DNA of 64,000 nt from Candidatus Pacearchaeota archaeon (GTDB taxonomy: Archaea > Nanobdellota > Nanobdellia > Pacearchaeales > GW2011-AR1), in contig JBAZYG010000001.1 in NCBI GenBank assembly GCA_041659445.1, forward strand, positions 381,624-445,623, in the 5' to 3' direction. Position numbers and translations under genes: made by a program. The notes under the pieces were generated by a model. That model was not told the origin of the DNA. It made no database searches and saw nothing but the letters and a program-made list of their open reading frames with translations. Below, piece by piece: positions 19,261 through 29,147 of this stretch; position 1 is the stretch's first letter; each line of letters starts with the position of its first letter.

Positions 19261-19719
19261 ATGACTGGAGAATTTTTAACAAATTTGAATAATACCGCAA
19301 GTACTGCTCCTATTTGGGGTTTTATAAGCGGATTAGTTTTGGGACTTTTAATCGTGATGATATTAGTATTCATTGGAATATATATTTATCATGCAATAGC
19401 TTGGTCAAGAATAGGTAGAAATCAAAAATACAAACGTCATTGGCTTGCATGGATTCCATTTGCAAATCTTTCAATGATTTTAGAAATGGGAGGATTTCAT
19501 TGGGCATGGGTATTCTTGGTTTTAATCCCAATTGCAGGTTGGATTGCAATTCTTGTTTTATTGACAATATCTATGTGGAGGGTTTTTGAAAAAGCTAAAT
19601 ATCCTGGATGGTTGTCTTTAAGTTATGTCTTGGTTTTAATCCCAATAATTTCTATACTTTTCTGGATTGCATACTTAATAATAATAGGATTTGTAGCCTG
19701 GAAAAAAAAGAAGAGATAA
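19261..19719 (+). CDS. hypothetical polytopic membrane protein (152 aa)
   Basis: Multiple TM helices; W-rich. Confidence 0.4.
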   Translation: MTGEFLTNLNNTASTAPIWGFISGLVLGLLIVMILVFIGIYIYHAIAWSRIGRNQKYKRHWLAWIPFANLSMILEMGGFHWAWVFLVLIPIAGWIAILVLLTISMWRVFEKAKYPGWLSLSYVLVLIPIISILFWIAYLIIIGFVAWKKKKR

Positions 19720-19760
19720 ATTTATTTTTTATTTTTTTATTTAATGTTTTTTATATACTT
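19720..19760 (+). terminator. T-tract terminator-like sequence between convergent genes
   Basis: taaatttattttttatttttttatttaatgttttttat after the stop at 19719. Confidence 0.25.
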
Positions 19761-19771
19761 TATTATTTAAT

Positions 19772-20098
19772 TTATCTAACATCTTTTAATTCTTTTTTAT
19801 CCCACCAAGAATAATCTGGATAATAATAATGGCATAAAACTTGAAACCCAATGAAATCAAAAGTAGGATTATCAAATTTTTCATTATAATAATCTTCCCA
19901 AATATTATTAATAACCCTATCTAAAAGATTATTGAAAATTAATTTATCTGATAAAGTTGGTTTAAAAGGAGTTGGTTTAAAAGATGTAACTTTTTTAATT
20001 TCTTGAATACCCTTCATACTCCTAAAATTCTCAGCACTTCTACACATTCCATCAAAAACTTTTTTTCGAAATTCTTGCTTTGTTAATTCTTTACTCAT
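19772..20098 (-). CDS. hypothetical protein (108 aa)
   Basis: Complete ORF; W/Y-rich; no motif recognised. Confidence 0.35.
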   Translation of the reverse strand: MSKELTKQEFRKKVFDGMCRSAENFRSMKGIQEIKKVTSFKPTPFKPTLSDKLIFNNLLDRVINNIWEDYYNEKFDNPTFDFIGFQVLCHYYYPDYSWWDKKELKDVR

Positions 20099-20138
20099 AA
20101 AAAAGTCATAAATAAAATGTTTTTAAAGATTTATATTA

Positions 20139-21806
20139 TTAATTTTCGTCACAATTTGTTTCATACATTATTCCATCTGAAAAAGCCATCCAACAATTTC
20201 CAACTGAATAATTTCCTGTCAAACCAATATTATTTTGAGAAATTAAATTTCCTGAGAAAGAAATATCTCCGTTAACATCTAATTCACTTTGAGGAGTTGT
20301 TGTTCCAATTCCAACTTTTCCACCCATAATTGCCATTGTGTTTGCTTGACTTACAATAGTTCCTGATTGATCATTTAACCCTATTCCTACTGAATTACTT
20401 CCTGAAACTTCTATTCCTTTACCCATTGCGACAGAGTAAGGTCCTGATGCAATTGTATTTCTTCCAAAAGATGTTGAAGCTTCTCCAGATGAAACAGTCA
20501 CCAAACCCATTGCTGTTGAACCATAACCTGAAGAAATAGTTCCAGAGCCCATTGCTGTTGAAGCAGTTTCAGATGCAGTTGTAGAATATCCCATTGCTGT
20601 TGAATAATCTCCTAAAGCTTTTGTGTAACCCCCAGTTGACATTGAACTATAACCTGAAGATTCAGTGTATTCTCCCATTGCTGTTGAATAATATTGCGAA
20701 GATTCTGAACCATAACCTGTTGCTGTTGAATAATATCCTGATGAAATTGTTGCACCACCCATTGCAATTGCACCAATTTCAGAGGCTAATGTGCTTGGTC
20801 CTATTGCTGTTGAATATAAATTTGAAGCATTTGCATAATAACCCATAGACATTGAATGCTTATTTGGATTAATTAAAAGAGTATTTTCACCAACATAAAA
20901 ATTTCCTGTAAATTTCCCATCACCGATGACAGTCAATGCATTTTGGGGATTGTTTGTTTTTATTCCAACATTTCCATTATTATTTACAACAAATGCCTTT
21001 GAAGAATTTGCTCCTGGACTAAAATACAAACTTTCATCTCCTGCAGATGTAAAATCTATTTTAAAGATTTCTTTATTTCCAGAACGAATATTAAAACTAT
21101 CTGCTAAAATAAATGCAAGATATCCACCATTGTAATCACCCAAAATAAAATCATTTGTAGAATGAATACTTCCATTAACATCTAAATTATATTGTGGGTT
21201 GCTTGTTCCAATACCAACATTTCCCCCCATAATTGCCATTGTATTTGCTTGAGAAACATTCAAATTATTTTGATCATTCAATGCGATAGCAAAACTATAA
21301 TCTCCTCCTGCAATAATTTCTCTACCCATTGCTGTTGACAAAAACCCAGAAGCTGTTGTTGCAAAACCAGTCGCTGTTGAAGAAGCTCCTGAAGATTTTG
21401 TTAAATCACCTAATGCTATTGAAGAATCTCCTGAAGCATTTGCATAATGTCCTAATGCTATTGAAGAATCTCCTGAAGAGAATGCATGATTCCCAACAGC
21501 TACTGAAGAAGGCCCTAAAGCTGTTGATGAATATCCTAAAGCAACAGAATATAATCCCGAAGCTGTTGAGGTTCCTGATGAAATTGAATAGGTATTTGTA
21601 TTAACAAAAAAATCAGTTCCTCCAACACTGAAATTGTAATCTCCTAAAACAACATTATGATTTGAGCCAACGTAAGGAACATAACTTGAATTATAATTTG
21701 ATGAAATTAATTTATTATTTGTCTTTGCTAAAGAAAAAGAAGATAAACATAAAATCAAGATTAAAACAAAAACCATTCCAAAAAAATATTTATTTTTACA
21801 TTTCAT
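20139..21806 (-). CDS. secreted adhesin-like protein with Hep_Hag/YadA-head-type repeats and tail-fibre-like NVGIGT motifs
   Basis: Signal peptide MKCKNKYFFGMVFVLILILCLSSFSLA; repeated SSIALGHYANASGDSSIALG / SVALGYSSTALGPSSVAVG units (N/S-S-[IV]-A-[LV]-G periodicity); twice-repeated MAIMGG[NK]VGIGT..PQ..LDVNG motif. Confidence 0.6.
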   Translation of the reverse strand: MKCKNKYFFGMVFVLILILCLSSFSLAKTNNKLISSNYNSSYVPYVGSNHNVVLGDYNFSVGGTDFFVNTNTYSISSGTSTASGLYSVALGYSSTALGPSSVAVGNHAFSSGDSSIALGHYANASGDSSIALGDLTKSSGASSTATGFATTASGFLSTAMGREIIAGGDYSFAIALNDQNNLNVSQANTMAIMGGNVGIGTSNPQYNLDVNGSIHSTNDFILGDYNGGYLAFILADSFNIRSGNKEIFKIDFTSAGDESLYFSPGANSSKAFVVNNNGNVGIKTNNPQNALTVIGDGKFTGNFYVGENTLLINPNKHSMSMGYYANASNLYSTAIGPSTLASEIGAIAMGGATISSGYYSTATGYGSESSQYYSTAMGEYTESSGYSSMSTGGYTKALGDYSTAMGYSTTASETASTAMGSGTISSGYGSTAMGLVTVSSGEASTSFGRNTIASGPYSVAMGKGIEVSGSNSVGIGLNDQSGTIVSQANTMAIMGGKVGIGTTTPQSELDVNGDISFSGNLISQNNIGLTGNYSVGNCWMAFSDGIMYETNCDEN

Positions 21807-21861
21807 CTTGTTTAACTTTATGAAAGCCCTTATTTAAACATTTTTATACTGTAATATATTT

Positions 21862-22674
21862 TCAGTTTATCTCGCTTGCTCTTTTCCACTGAATATAATT
21901 TTTATTCAAAATTTCAACTACTTTGTCTCTTTGTTCAGAATTACCCAAACCTTTCCAATCTAAAATCACAAAATCAATTTCTTCTAAAGTTTTTTCAATT
22001 GCTTCTTCTATAAATTCCTCGGTGATTGGAGAAACATACCCTGGAATTATGTGAGAAATCGCGACATTTGAATTTGATTGAATTTTATTAAATGAGGGAC
22101 AATAATGCGGACCTCCAATTGCAACAGCAATTTCTCGATATTTATTTTCTTCAAAAGTATCAATTGCTTTTTTTAAGGCATTTGCAATCACAAAACCTGC
22201 TCGTTTATCTTTCCAATCTATTTCAGTGCTTCCAATTTCCAAAAATAAACAAGGCTTATTTATTAACGGGCCGTGATGAGTTACTTCAAGAGTTAGTTTA
22301 TATCCTCGTAAATCTAAATCTTGAATTTGTTGTTCTAAATTTTCAAATAAATGCTTATTAAATAAAGCAGAAGAAATTCCAAGTTTACCTTGTTTCCCTC
22401 CACCCCAAACTTCTCGGAAATTTCCAGGAGCATGAATTGAAATTGTTTTTTGCTTTTCAGTCGAAGATGTGGAATGCTTTGAAGCAAAAACTACAAAATC
22501 AAAATTATTTATTTTTTCTAAATCAAGATTTCCTTCATCTAAAATTGAACCATCGACAGTTTCAAATTTTACATTCTTATTCTGAAATTCATCAATATAC
22601 TGAAAAAACTGCGTTAAGATATTCATCCCAGCTAAATCTTGTTTACTCGCAATAATTAAATATTTTTTAAACAT
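21862..22674 (-). CDS. dtdA: D-aminoacyl-tRNA deacylase, archaeal type
   Basis: Shares multiple blocks with archaeal DtdA as I recall it: ASKQDLAGMNI, FASKHSTSS, THHGP, FLEIGSTEIDW, KRAGFVIA, AIGGPHYCP, ISHIIPGY, LDWKG. Confidence 0.8.
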   Translation of the reverse strand: MFKKYLIIASKQDLAGMNILTQFFQYIDEFQNKNVKFETVDGSILDEGNLDLEKINNFDFVVFASKHSTSSTEKQKTISIHAPGNFREVWGGGKQGKLGISSALFNKHLFENLEQQIQDLDLRGYKLTLEVTHHGPLINKPCLFLEIGSTEIDWKDKRAGFVIANALKKAIDTFEENKYREIAVAIGGPHYCPSFNKIQSNSNVAISHIIPGYVSPITEEFIEEAIEKTLEEIDFVILDWKGLGNSEQRDKVVEILNKNYIQWKRASEIN

Positions 22675-22756
22675 ATTTTTTTGAAGATACTTACAGTTTT
22701 AAAATTTGTTGTGGTGAAAAACCAAGTTATAAAAACCCCATTTGTATTAATTTGTT

Positions 22757-23071
22757 ATGGAAGAATGGCTTGAATTAGTGATTGGAATTGTTGTATTAAT
22801 ATTAGGAATTCCAATTGGACATTTTTTGGCAAAAGCTACAAAAGAAGAATTGAACTCAAGAAAAAATCTTTTCAAAATAATTATAATTTTTAGTTTAATT
22901 TTATCAATTATTTGTTTGATATTTCAACAAGATTTTTTGCTTTTTGGTTTTCTCTTTGTTGCAATTGTTACAAGTCAAAATTTGAACTATGCTTTGAAAA
23001 AAGAAAATATTAAAAATACAAAAACTTTTATAAAAAAGAAGAAAAATGAAAAACTTAAAAGAAAAAATTAA
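22757..23071 (+). CDS. hypothetical small membrane protein (104 aa)
   Basis: Two TM helices then a lysine-rich tail; overlaps the mscL start by 26 nt. Confidence 0.3.
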   Translation: MEEWLELVIGIVVLILGIPIGHFLAKATKEELNSRKNLFKIIIIFSLILSIICLIFQQDFLLFGFLFVAIVTSQNLNYALKKENIKNTKTFIKKKKNEKLKRKN

Positions 23072-23387
23072 AGTTCCAAAAGTAAAATTAGCTCACGAAT
23101 TTAAAGAATTCTTAAAAGAATATAAAGTAATGAGTTTGGCTATTGCATTTATAATGGCTTTAGCAGCAAACACTCTTGTTAAGGCACTTGTTGACGATAT
23201 TGTAATGCCTATAATTACTCCTTTTATTCCGAGTGGGGGATGGGAAACAGCCACATTCACTGTTTGGAAATTTATTATTGCTTGGGGTCCTTTCTTATCT
23301 GCATTAATTTATTTTATAATAATTGCATTAGTAATTTTCTTTGTTGCTAAATTTTTAATGCGAGAAGAAAAGGTAACTAAAAAATAA
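23046..23387 (+). CDS. mscL: large-conductance mechanosensitive channel MscL
   Basis: HEFKEFLKEYKVMSLAIAFIMALAANTLVKALVDDIVMPII parallels E. coli MscL [39 protein letters not shown]; second TM and charged C-terminus. Confidence 0.7.
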   Translation: MKNLKEKIKVPKVKLAHEFKEFLKEYKVMSLAIAFIMALAANTLVKALVDDIVMPIITPFIPSGGWETATFTVWKFIIAWGPFLSALIYFIIIALVIFFVAKFLMREEKVTKK

Positions 23388-23450
23388 GAAGTTAAAAAGT
23401 TACATTAAAGGAATATCAACATTTTTAAATCAGTTATATCTTTTACTTTT

Positions 23451-24170
23451 ATGTTATATCTAATGGGTCTGGGACTAAATGAAAGAAGTTTGACAAGAGA
23501 GTCATTTGAAATTTTATCTAGATGTAAAAGAATTTATCTTGAAAATTACACTGTTGATTTTCCTTATACTACTTATCAACTTGAAGAAATTGTTGGGAAA
23601 AAAATAATTGAAGCTAATCGAGAAAAGGTTGAAAGTTTGGAAATTGTCGACGAAGCAAAAAAAATGGATGTTGCTTTATTGATTTACGGAAGTCCATTAA
23701 TGGCTACAACGCATATTTCTTTAATACAAGAAGCAAAATACCTTGGAATAAAATGTAAAGTTCTTTACAATGCTTCGATTTTTGATGCAATCGGAGAAAC
23801 AGGATTGCAATTATATAAATTTGGAAAAGTTACTTCAATGCCTGCTTGGAAAAAAAGTTTTCGTCCGACTAGTTTTATGGAAATAATTAAAGAAAACTTT
23901 TCAATTAATGCACACAGTTTAATTTTAGCAGACATTGGATTGGAATTTTCAGATGCATTAAAACAATTAAAAGAAGCTTCTGAAGAACACAATTTCAAAA
24001 TTAAAAAATTAATTGTCTGTCAAACACTTGGAACAAAAAATTCAAAAATATTTTATAGAAGCATAAAAGAATTTGAGGAATTTACTGGAGTTAGAAAACC
24101 TTATTGCATAATAATCCCTTCTGAAAAACTTCACGAAGTTGAAAGGGAATTCTTGAAATTGTTTGAATGA
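23451..24170 (+). CDS. dph5: diphthine synthase (Dph5), tetrapyrrole-methylase fold
   Basis: MLYLMGLGLNERSLTRESFEILSRCKRIYLENYT is the conserved Dph5 N-terminus; LLIYGSPLMATTH; length 239 aa. Confidence 0.8.
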   Translation: MLYLMGLGLNERSLTRESFEILSRCKRIYLENYTVDFPYTTYQLEEIVGKKIIEANREKVESLEIVDEAKKMDVALLIYGSPLMATTHISLIQEAKYLGIKCKVLYNASIFDAIGETGLQLYKFGKVTSMPAWKKSFRPTSFMEIIKENFSINAHSLILADIGLEFSDALKQLKEASEEHNFKIKKLIVCQTLGTKNSKIFYRSIKEFEEFTGVRKPYCIIIPSEKLHEVEREFLKLFE

Positions 24171-24234
24171 AAATTTCAGATAATTTTATAAATCTACTGA
24201 ATTAATTAAAACGTAAAAAAATAATTTAAATAAA

Positions 24235-24900
24235 ATGCTCGAAAAAAAGTTTTTGAATTTTGCAAAAAAGATTTTCTTATTTGGAATTATAAATTATTTT
24301 AATTTGAGTTGTCAAACACAAATTTTCCATGAAGAAAATAATTCAAAAGAAAATGAAAAAGAAACCTTTCAAATAAATAGTCCTTGGTACTCAAATGAAA
24401 GAATCTTTGAAAGAGTTTACTTTTTTGATGATTTTTTTGATAAAAAAGAAAAAGATTATGGGATTCCAAAAGGATTGTTAAAAGGACTTGCAATGCAAGA
24501 AAGTCTTGGAAATCCTTTAAGTGTAAGCTATGATGGAGGGGTTGGAGAATTTATGCTCCAGCCAGGAACTGCAAGAAAATACGGATTAAAAGTTTACGGA
24601 AATTCAAATAAAACTGGGGCAGATACAACTCATGCAAAAGAAATGAAAAAATTATTAAAAAAATACAATTATGATTATTCAAAATTAATAAAAATCGACG
24701 AGAGATTTGATATTAAAAAAAGTTCAGATGTTGCTGCAAGATGTTTAATTGATTTGCATAAAGGCAAAGGTCATAATTCTTGGAATAAAGCTTTATCTGC
24801 ATATAATCAAGGAACACCTGCATTTTATGCTTCAAGAACAAAACATGTAAAAAAAATAAGAGAATATCAAGAGTATTATAATGAAAGAGATGGAGATTAA
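24235..24900 (+). CDS. secreted protein with an SLT (soluble lytic transglycosylase, lysozyme-like) domain
   Basis: Hydrophobic N-terminus; LAMQESLGNPLSVSYDGGVGEFMLQPGTARKYG matches the SLT catalytic region (E-S catalytic Glu, then A/G-x-G-L-M-Q-x-x-P-x-T-A). Confidence 0.55.
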   Translation: MLEKKFLNFAKKIFLFGIINYFNLSCQTQIFHEENNSKENEKETFQINSPWYSNERIFERVYFFDDFFDKKEKDYGIPKGLLKGLAMQESLGNPLSVSYDGGVGEFMLQPGTARKYGLKVYGNSNKTGADTTHAKEMKKLLKKYNYDYSKLIKIDERFDIKKSSDVAARCLIDLHKGKGHNSWNKALSAYNQGTPAFYASRTKHVKKIREYQEYYNERDGD

Positions 24901-24981
24901 TATTTCATTAGTCCAAGATGTATTAACTTTATAAAAGTAACAAGTAGTAAAGTTTATAAATAGTTAATATTTAAAAAAACA

Positions 24982-25467
24982 ATGGAATACAAACCTCAAG
25001 AAGAACCAATTGATTCATTGCCTTCAAAATATATTCGAGAATCTTTTATTCCTAAAACTATATATTTTGATTTCAAAAAAAAAGGCTTAAGTGAAACATT
25101 TTCTTTTGATAGCCCAATATGTTTGCAAGAGAGTATTATGTTTGATGTTACTAATAATTTAGGATATACTAAAATAAAGAAATCTGGAAGACCAATAACA
25201 ACAATTGACGGACTTCAAAAGCATCTTGAAAAAATGAATAAAAAAGTTTTTGAAAATATAGATGGTCTAAAAAGACAAAAAGAATATCTCTTATTAGATT
25301 CATTAAATGAGGCATACAAGGGGTTAGTGGAAGTAATGAAACATCTGGAAAAACAAAATAGGCATTTTGATAGATTAATTAATGAAATAGAGATACATTC
25401 ACAAGGCACTCCAAAAAAAGAACAAAAGAGTTTAGTTAATAGAATAATTGATTGGTTAATAGAATAA
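24982..25467 (+). CDS. hypothetical protein (161 aa)
   Basis: Complete ORF; no motif recognised. Confidence 0.4.
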   Translation: MEYKPQEEPIDSLPSKYIRESFIPKTIYFDFKKKGLSETFSFDSPICLQESIMFDVTNNLGYTKIKKSGRPITTIDGLQKHLEKMNKKVFENIDGLKRQKEYLLLDSLNEAYKGLVEVMKHLEKQNRHFDRLINEIEIHSQGTPKKEQKSLVNRIIDWLIE

Positions 25468-25543
25468 TTGATGGGTTAACATTTGATTAATTCTATCTTT
25501 GATTATATAAATCTTTAAAAATGAATTAAAAGATTATTAGAAT

Positions 25544-25918
25544 ATGAAAAAAATTACTTTAGGATTATTTGGGTTACTTGCAATAGTTTTTTCTTTAGAG
25601 ATAAAGGATGAAATAAAATTTGGTAAAAAACAAAATAAAGCAGATTTAATAATTGAATATTCTGAAAACAATGGAAAAAAATGTACTGTAGCAGGATTTT
25701 ATAGTCGTGATAGCTTGGATAGTGTTATGGTTAAAGAACATACAAAATATCTTGACCCTTATTTCGAAATTAACAAAAATAAAATTTTGTATCCTGAAAA
25801 TAAATCATTTGATTTTTACAAAGAAAAATTATCTAAAAATTTAGCTGGAACAATGAGCTCAGAAGAAATAAAAAAAACTAAGAATAATTTAGAATTAACA
25901 CCTTTTCAAGAAAATTAA
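25544..25918 (+). CDS. hypothetical secreted protein (124 aa)
   Basis: N-terminal signal-like MKKITLGLFGLLAIVFS. Confidence 0.4.
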   Translation: MKKITLGLFGLLAIVFSLEIKDEIKFGKKQNKADLIIEYSENNGKKCTVAGFYSRDSLDSVMVKEHTKYLDPYFEINKNKILYPENKSFDFYKEKLSKNLAGTMSSEEIKKTKNNLELTPFQEN

Positions 25919-25919
25919 A

Positions 25920-26225
25920 ATGCATGAAGAAAAGTTATCTGATTTAGAAATTAAATTAATTAATACGACTCTAAAATTTTTAAAAAACACAAATCATTCT
26001 ATGGAGTTTTATAAGGACAATAAAACTAATTCTTCTTCTATTACATTAAGAGCAGACGATGGACAAAGTATGGATTATGCTTGTATTACTTATTCAGGAA
26101 ATGCTGAAAAAGACGAAATAAAATTTGAGGGACCCAAACATTATTCTAAAGAAATAAAAAAGAAATACAAAATCTTCTTAATTAAAGAAATTCCAGAAAT
26201 AAAAAATAGAATTAAAGAAGTTTAG
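25920..26225 (+). CDS. hypothetical protein (101 aa)
   Basis: Complete ORF immediately after the previous gene. Confidence 0.35.
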   Translation: MHEEKLSDLEIKLINTTLKFLKNTNHSMEFYKDNKTNSSSITLRADDGQSMDYACITYSGNAEKDEIKFEGPKHYSKEIKKKYKIFLIKEIPEIKNRIKEV

Positions 26226-26269
26226 TTTCTTTTCAAAAATCTTAAAAACACACATTATCTAATTCTATC

Positions 26270-29095
26270 ATGTATGATTTTAAAGAAATTCAAAATAAAG
26301 CAAGAGAAATCTGGAAAATTCACGATAAAGAAATAAAAAAAGCTCTTCAAGATGATTCAAAAAAACCTTTGTTTAGTTTTTTAGAAGGCCCTCCGACAGC
26401 AAATGCTGCTCCAGGATTGCATCATTTAGAAGTCAGAACTTTTAAAGATGTTATTTGCAAATTCAAATTTATGAACGGTTTTTCTGTTCCAAGAAAAGGA
26501 GGGTGGGATTGCCATGGATTACCTGTTGAAGTTCAAGTTGAAAAAAAATTAGGATTAAATTCAAAAAAAGATATTTTAAATTATGGTGAAACTAAATTTA
26601 TACAAAATTGCAAAACAGATGTTTTCTCAAATATTAAAGAATGGAATAAATCAACAGAAGAATTAGGATATTGGATTGATTTAGAAAATCCGTACAAAAC
26701 TTTAGATAATAATTATATTGAAAGTGTTTGGTGGGCTTTGAGTGAATTGTATAAAAAAAATTTATTGTATGAAGGTTTTAAAGTCGTGCACTTTTGCCCG
26801 AGATGCCAAACTCCTTTGTCAAGTCATGAAGTTGCTCAAGGATATAAAGATGTTAAAGAAGAATCTGTTTATATTGCGTTCAAATTAAAAAATGAAAAAA
26901 ATTCCTATATTCTTGCATGGACAACAACACCTTGGACACTTCCAGGAAATGTTGCTTTAGCAATAGGTAATAAAATAGATTATGTAAAAGTTAAACTTTC
27001 AGACGGAGATGAACTGATTTTAGGAAAAGAGAAAGTAGATTTAATTAAAGGAAATTATAAAATTATTAAAGAATTCAAAAGAAAAGATTTAATTGGATTA
27101 GAATATGAACCTTTGTTTGATATTCCAGAATTGAAAAATAATAATTCTTATAAAATTATCAGTGCAGATTTTGTAACAACAGAAGATGGAACAGGAGTTG
27201 TTCATACTGCAGGAATGTATGGTGAAGATGATTACAATGTTTGCAAAGAAAATGATTTGCCTTTAATTCACACAGTTAATGAAGACGGGACGTTTAATGA
27301 ACTTGTTCCAAAATGGAAAGGTAAATTTGTAAAATCTGTTGAAAAAGAAATTATTGAAGATTTGAAAAAAAGACATTTACTTTTCAAAACTGAAAAATTC
27401 GAACACTCTTATCCTTTTTGCTGGAGATGTGACTCGCCTTTGTTATATTATGCTATTAAATCTTGGTTTATTGCAGTAACAAATGTTAAAGATAAATTAG
27501 TTCAATTAAATTCAAAAATAAATTGGTATCCAAACCATATTCAAGACGGGAGATTTGGAGTTTGGCTTGAAAATATTAAAGATTGGAACTTATCTAGATT
27601 TAAATTTTGGGGAACTCCCTTACCTGTTTGGCGATGCACTAATGAAGAATGTAATGAAGAAAAAATAATTGGAAGTGTTGAAGAACTAAAAAAATATTCA
27701 ACAAAACATTTTAATGAATATGATTTACATAGGCCTTGGATTGATGAAATAAAAATAAAATGCAAATGCGGAAAAGAAATGATTAGAGTTCCGGATGTTA
27801 TTGATTGCTGGTTTGATTCTGGAAGTGCTACTTTTGCACAATTCCATTACCCTTTCGAGAATAAAAAAGAATTTGAAAAAAGATTTCCATATGATTTTAT
27901 TTCAGAGGCTATTGATCAAACAAGAGGGTGGTTTTATACAATGCATGCAATTTCAACAATGTTATTTCAAGACATTTCTTATAAAAATGTAATTTGTGCT
28001 GGGCACATTGTCGATGAAAACGGAGAAAAAATGTCAAAATCAAAAGGAAATATTATAAAACCTGAAGAAATTTTTAATCAGGCAGGAATCGATGCTGTTA
28101 GGTTGCAATTTTGCACTACAGACCCAGGTAATTTCAAAAGATTTTCTTTGAACATGGTTAAAGAAAGTGTTCTTCCGTTTTTAACAATTTTAACAAATTC
28201 TCAAAAGTATTACTTGCAATTAGAAGATAAAAAGAACAACCTAAAAATTGAGGATAAATGGATTTTGAGCAAACTTAATTCTTTAATAAAAAGTACAACA
28301 GAAAATTTAGAAAATTATTCTTTAGACAAAGCTCTTCTTGAAATTATAGATTTTGTAACAAATGATTTATCTAGAGGATATATTCGATTAACTAGAGAAA
28401 GAAATGATACTAAGGAAATTATTAAAGAAATACTAGAAAAAGTTTCACTTCTTTTAGCACCTTATGCTCCTTATGTCAGCGAATATATTTATTCTGAATT
28501 TGAAAACAAACAATCTGTTCACTTATCAAACTGGCCAAAAATTGAAATAAAAGAAATTGACAAAGAACTTGAAAAAGAATTTGAAAATATTTTAAAAATA
28601 ATTGAAATGGGATTATCTGAAAGAGATAAATCCGGAATTGGATTGAAATGGCCATTAAATTTAGTTACAATTTATTGCAATAAAAAAGTTCCAGAAAAAT
28701 ATAATGAAATAATTCAAAATCAATTAAACGTAAAAAATATTGAATATGTTTTTAATAAAGAAGAAAACATCCAAGTAAAATTAGACACTCAAATAACTCC
28801 TGAACTTGAAGAAGAAGGTTATTGTCGTGAAATGTCTAGAAAAGTTCAAGCATTCAGAAAAGAAATTGGACTTGAAAAAACAGAGAAAATTGATTTAATT
28901 ATTTATTGCAGTAAAAAATTGAAGAAAATATTTGAAAAACAAAAGAATTTTATTTTGGATAGAACAAATTCAAAAAAAATTGAAATTACCGAAGGGGAAT
29001 CAAAAGAAAAAACAAATTTAATAACAGAATTTAAAATAAAACAAGAAATTGGAAACATCCAAATTGTTAGAGTAACTAGGAGTAACAAAGAATAG
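26270..29095 (+). CDS. ileS: isoleucyl-tRNA synthetase (class I)
   Basis: PPTANAAPGLHHLEVRT (HIGH-type motif), GGWDCHGLPVEVQVEKKLG (IleRS-type WDCHGLP block), KMSKSKGN (KMSKS), CP1 editing-region WTTTPWTLPGN, zinc-knuckle CPRC/CWRC pairs. Confidence 0.75.
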   Translation: MYDFKEIQNKAREIWKIHDKEIKKALQDDSKKPLFSFLEGPPTANAAPGLHHLEVRTFKDVICKFKFMNGFSVPRKGGWDCHGLPVEVQVEKKLGLNSKKDILNYGETKFIQNCKTDVFSNIKEWNKSTEELGYWIDLENPYKTLDNNYIESVWWALSELYKKNLLYEGFKVVHFCPRCQTPLSSHEVAQGYKDVKEESVYIAFKLKNEKNSYILAWTTTPWTLPGNVALAIGNKIDYVKVKLSDGDELILGKEKVDLIKGNYKIIKEFKRKDLIGLEYEPLFDIPELKNNNSYKIISADFVTTEDGTGVVHTAGMYGEDDYNVCKENDLPLIHTVNEDGTFNELVPKWKGKFVKSVEKEIIEDLKKRHLLFKTEKFEHSYPFCWRCDSPLLYYAIKSWFIAVTNVKDKLVQLNSKINWYPNHIQDGRFGVWLENIKDWNLSRFKFWGTPLPVWRCTNEECNEEKIIGSVEELKKYSTKHFNEYDLHRPWIDEIKIKCKCGKEMIRVPDVIDCWFDSGSATFAQFHYPFENKKEFEKRFPYDFISEAIDQTRGWFYTMHAISTMLFQDISYKNVICAGHIVDENGEKMSKSKGNIIKPEEIFNQAGIDAVRLQFCTTDPGNFKRFSLNMVKESVLPFLTILTNSQKYYLQLEDKKNNLKIEDKWILSKLNSLIKSTTENLENYSLDKALLEIIDFVTNDLSRGYIRLTRERNDTKEIIKEILEKVSLLLAPYAPYVSEYIYSEFENKQSVHLSNWPKIEIKEIDKELEKEFENILKIIEMGLSERDKSGIGLKWPLNLVTIYCNKKVPEKYNEIIQNQLNVKNIEYVFNKEENIQVKLDTQITPELEEEGYCREMSRKVQAFRKEIGLEKTEKIDLIIYCSKKLKKIFEKQKNFILDRTNSKKIEITEGESKEKTNLITEFKIKQEIGNIQIVRVTRSNKE

Positions 29096-29147
29096 TTACT
29101 TTTAGACAATAGCAATCTTTAAAAAGGAAAAAGAACATTATAATAAC

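Noticed and set aside
20594-21604. Plus-strand ORFs antisense to the Hep_Hag adhesin gene
   Set aside because: L/N/K-rich low-complexity translations mirroring the repeat structure of the real gene on the other strand
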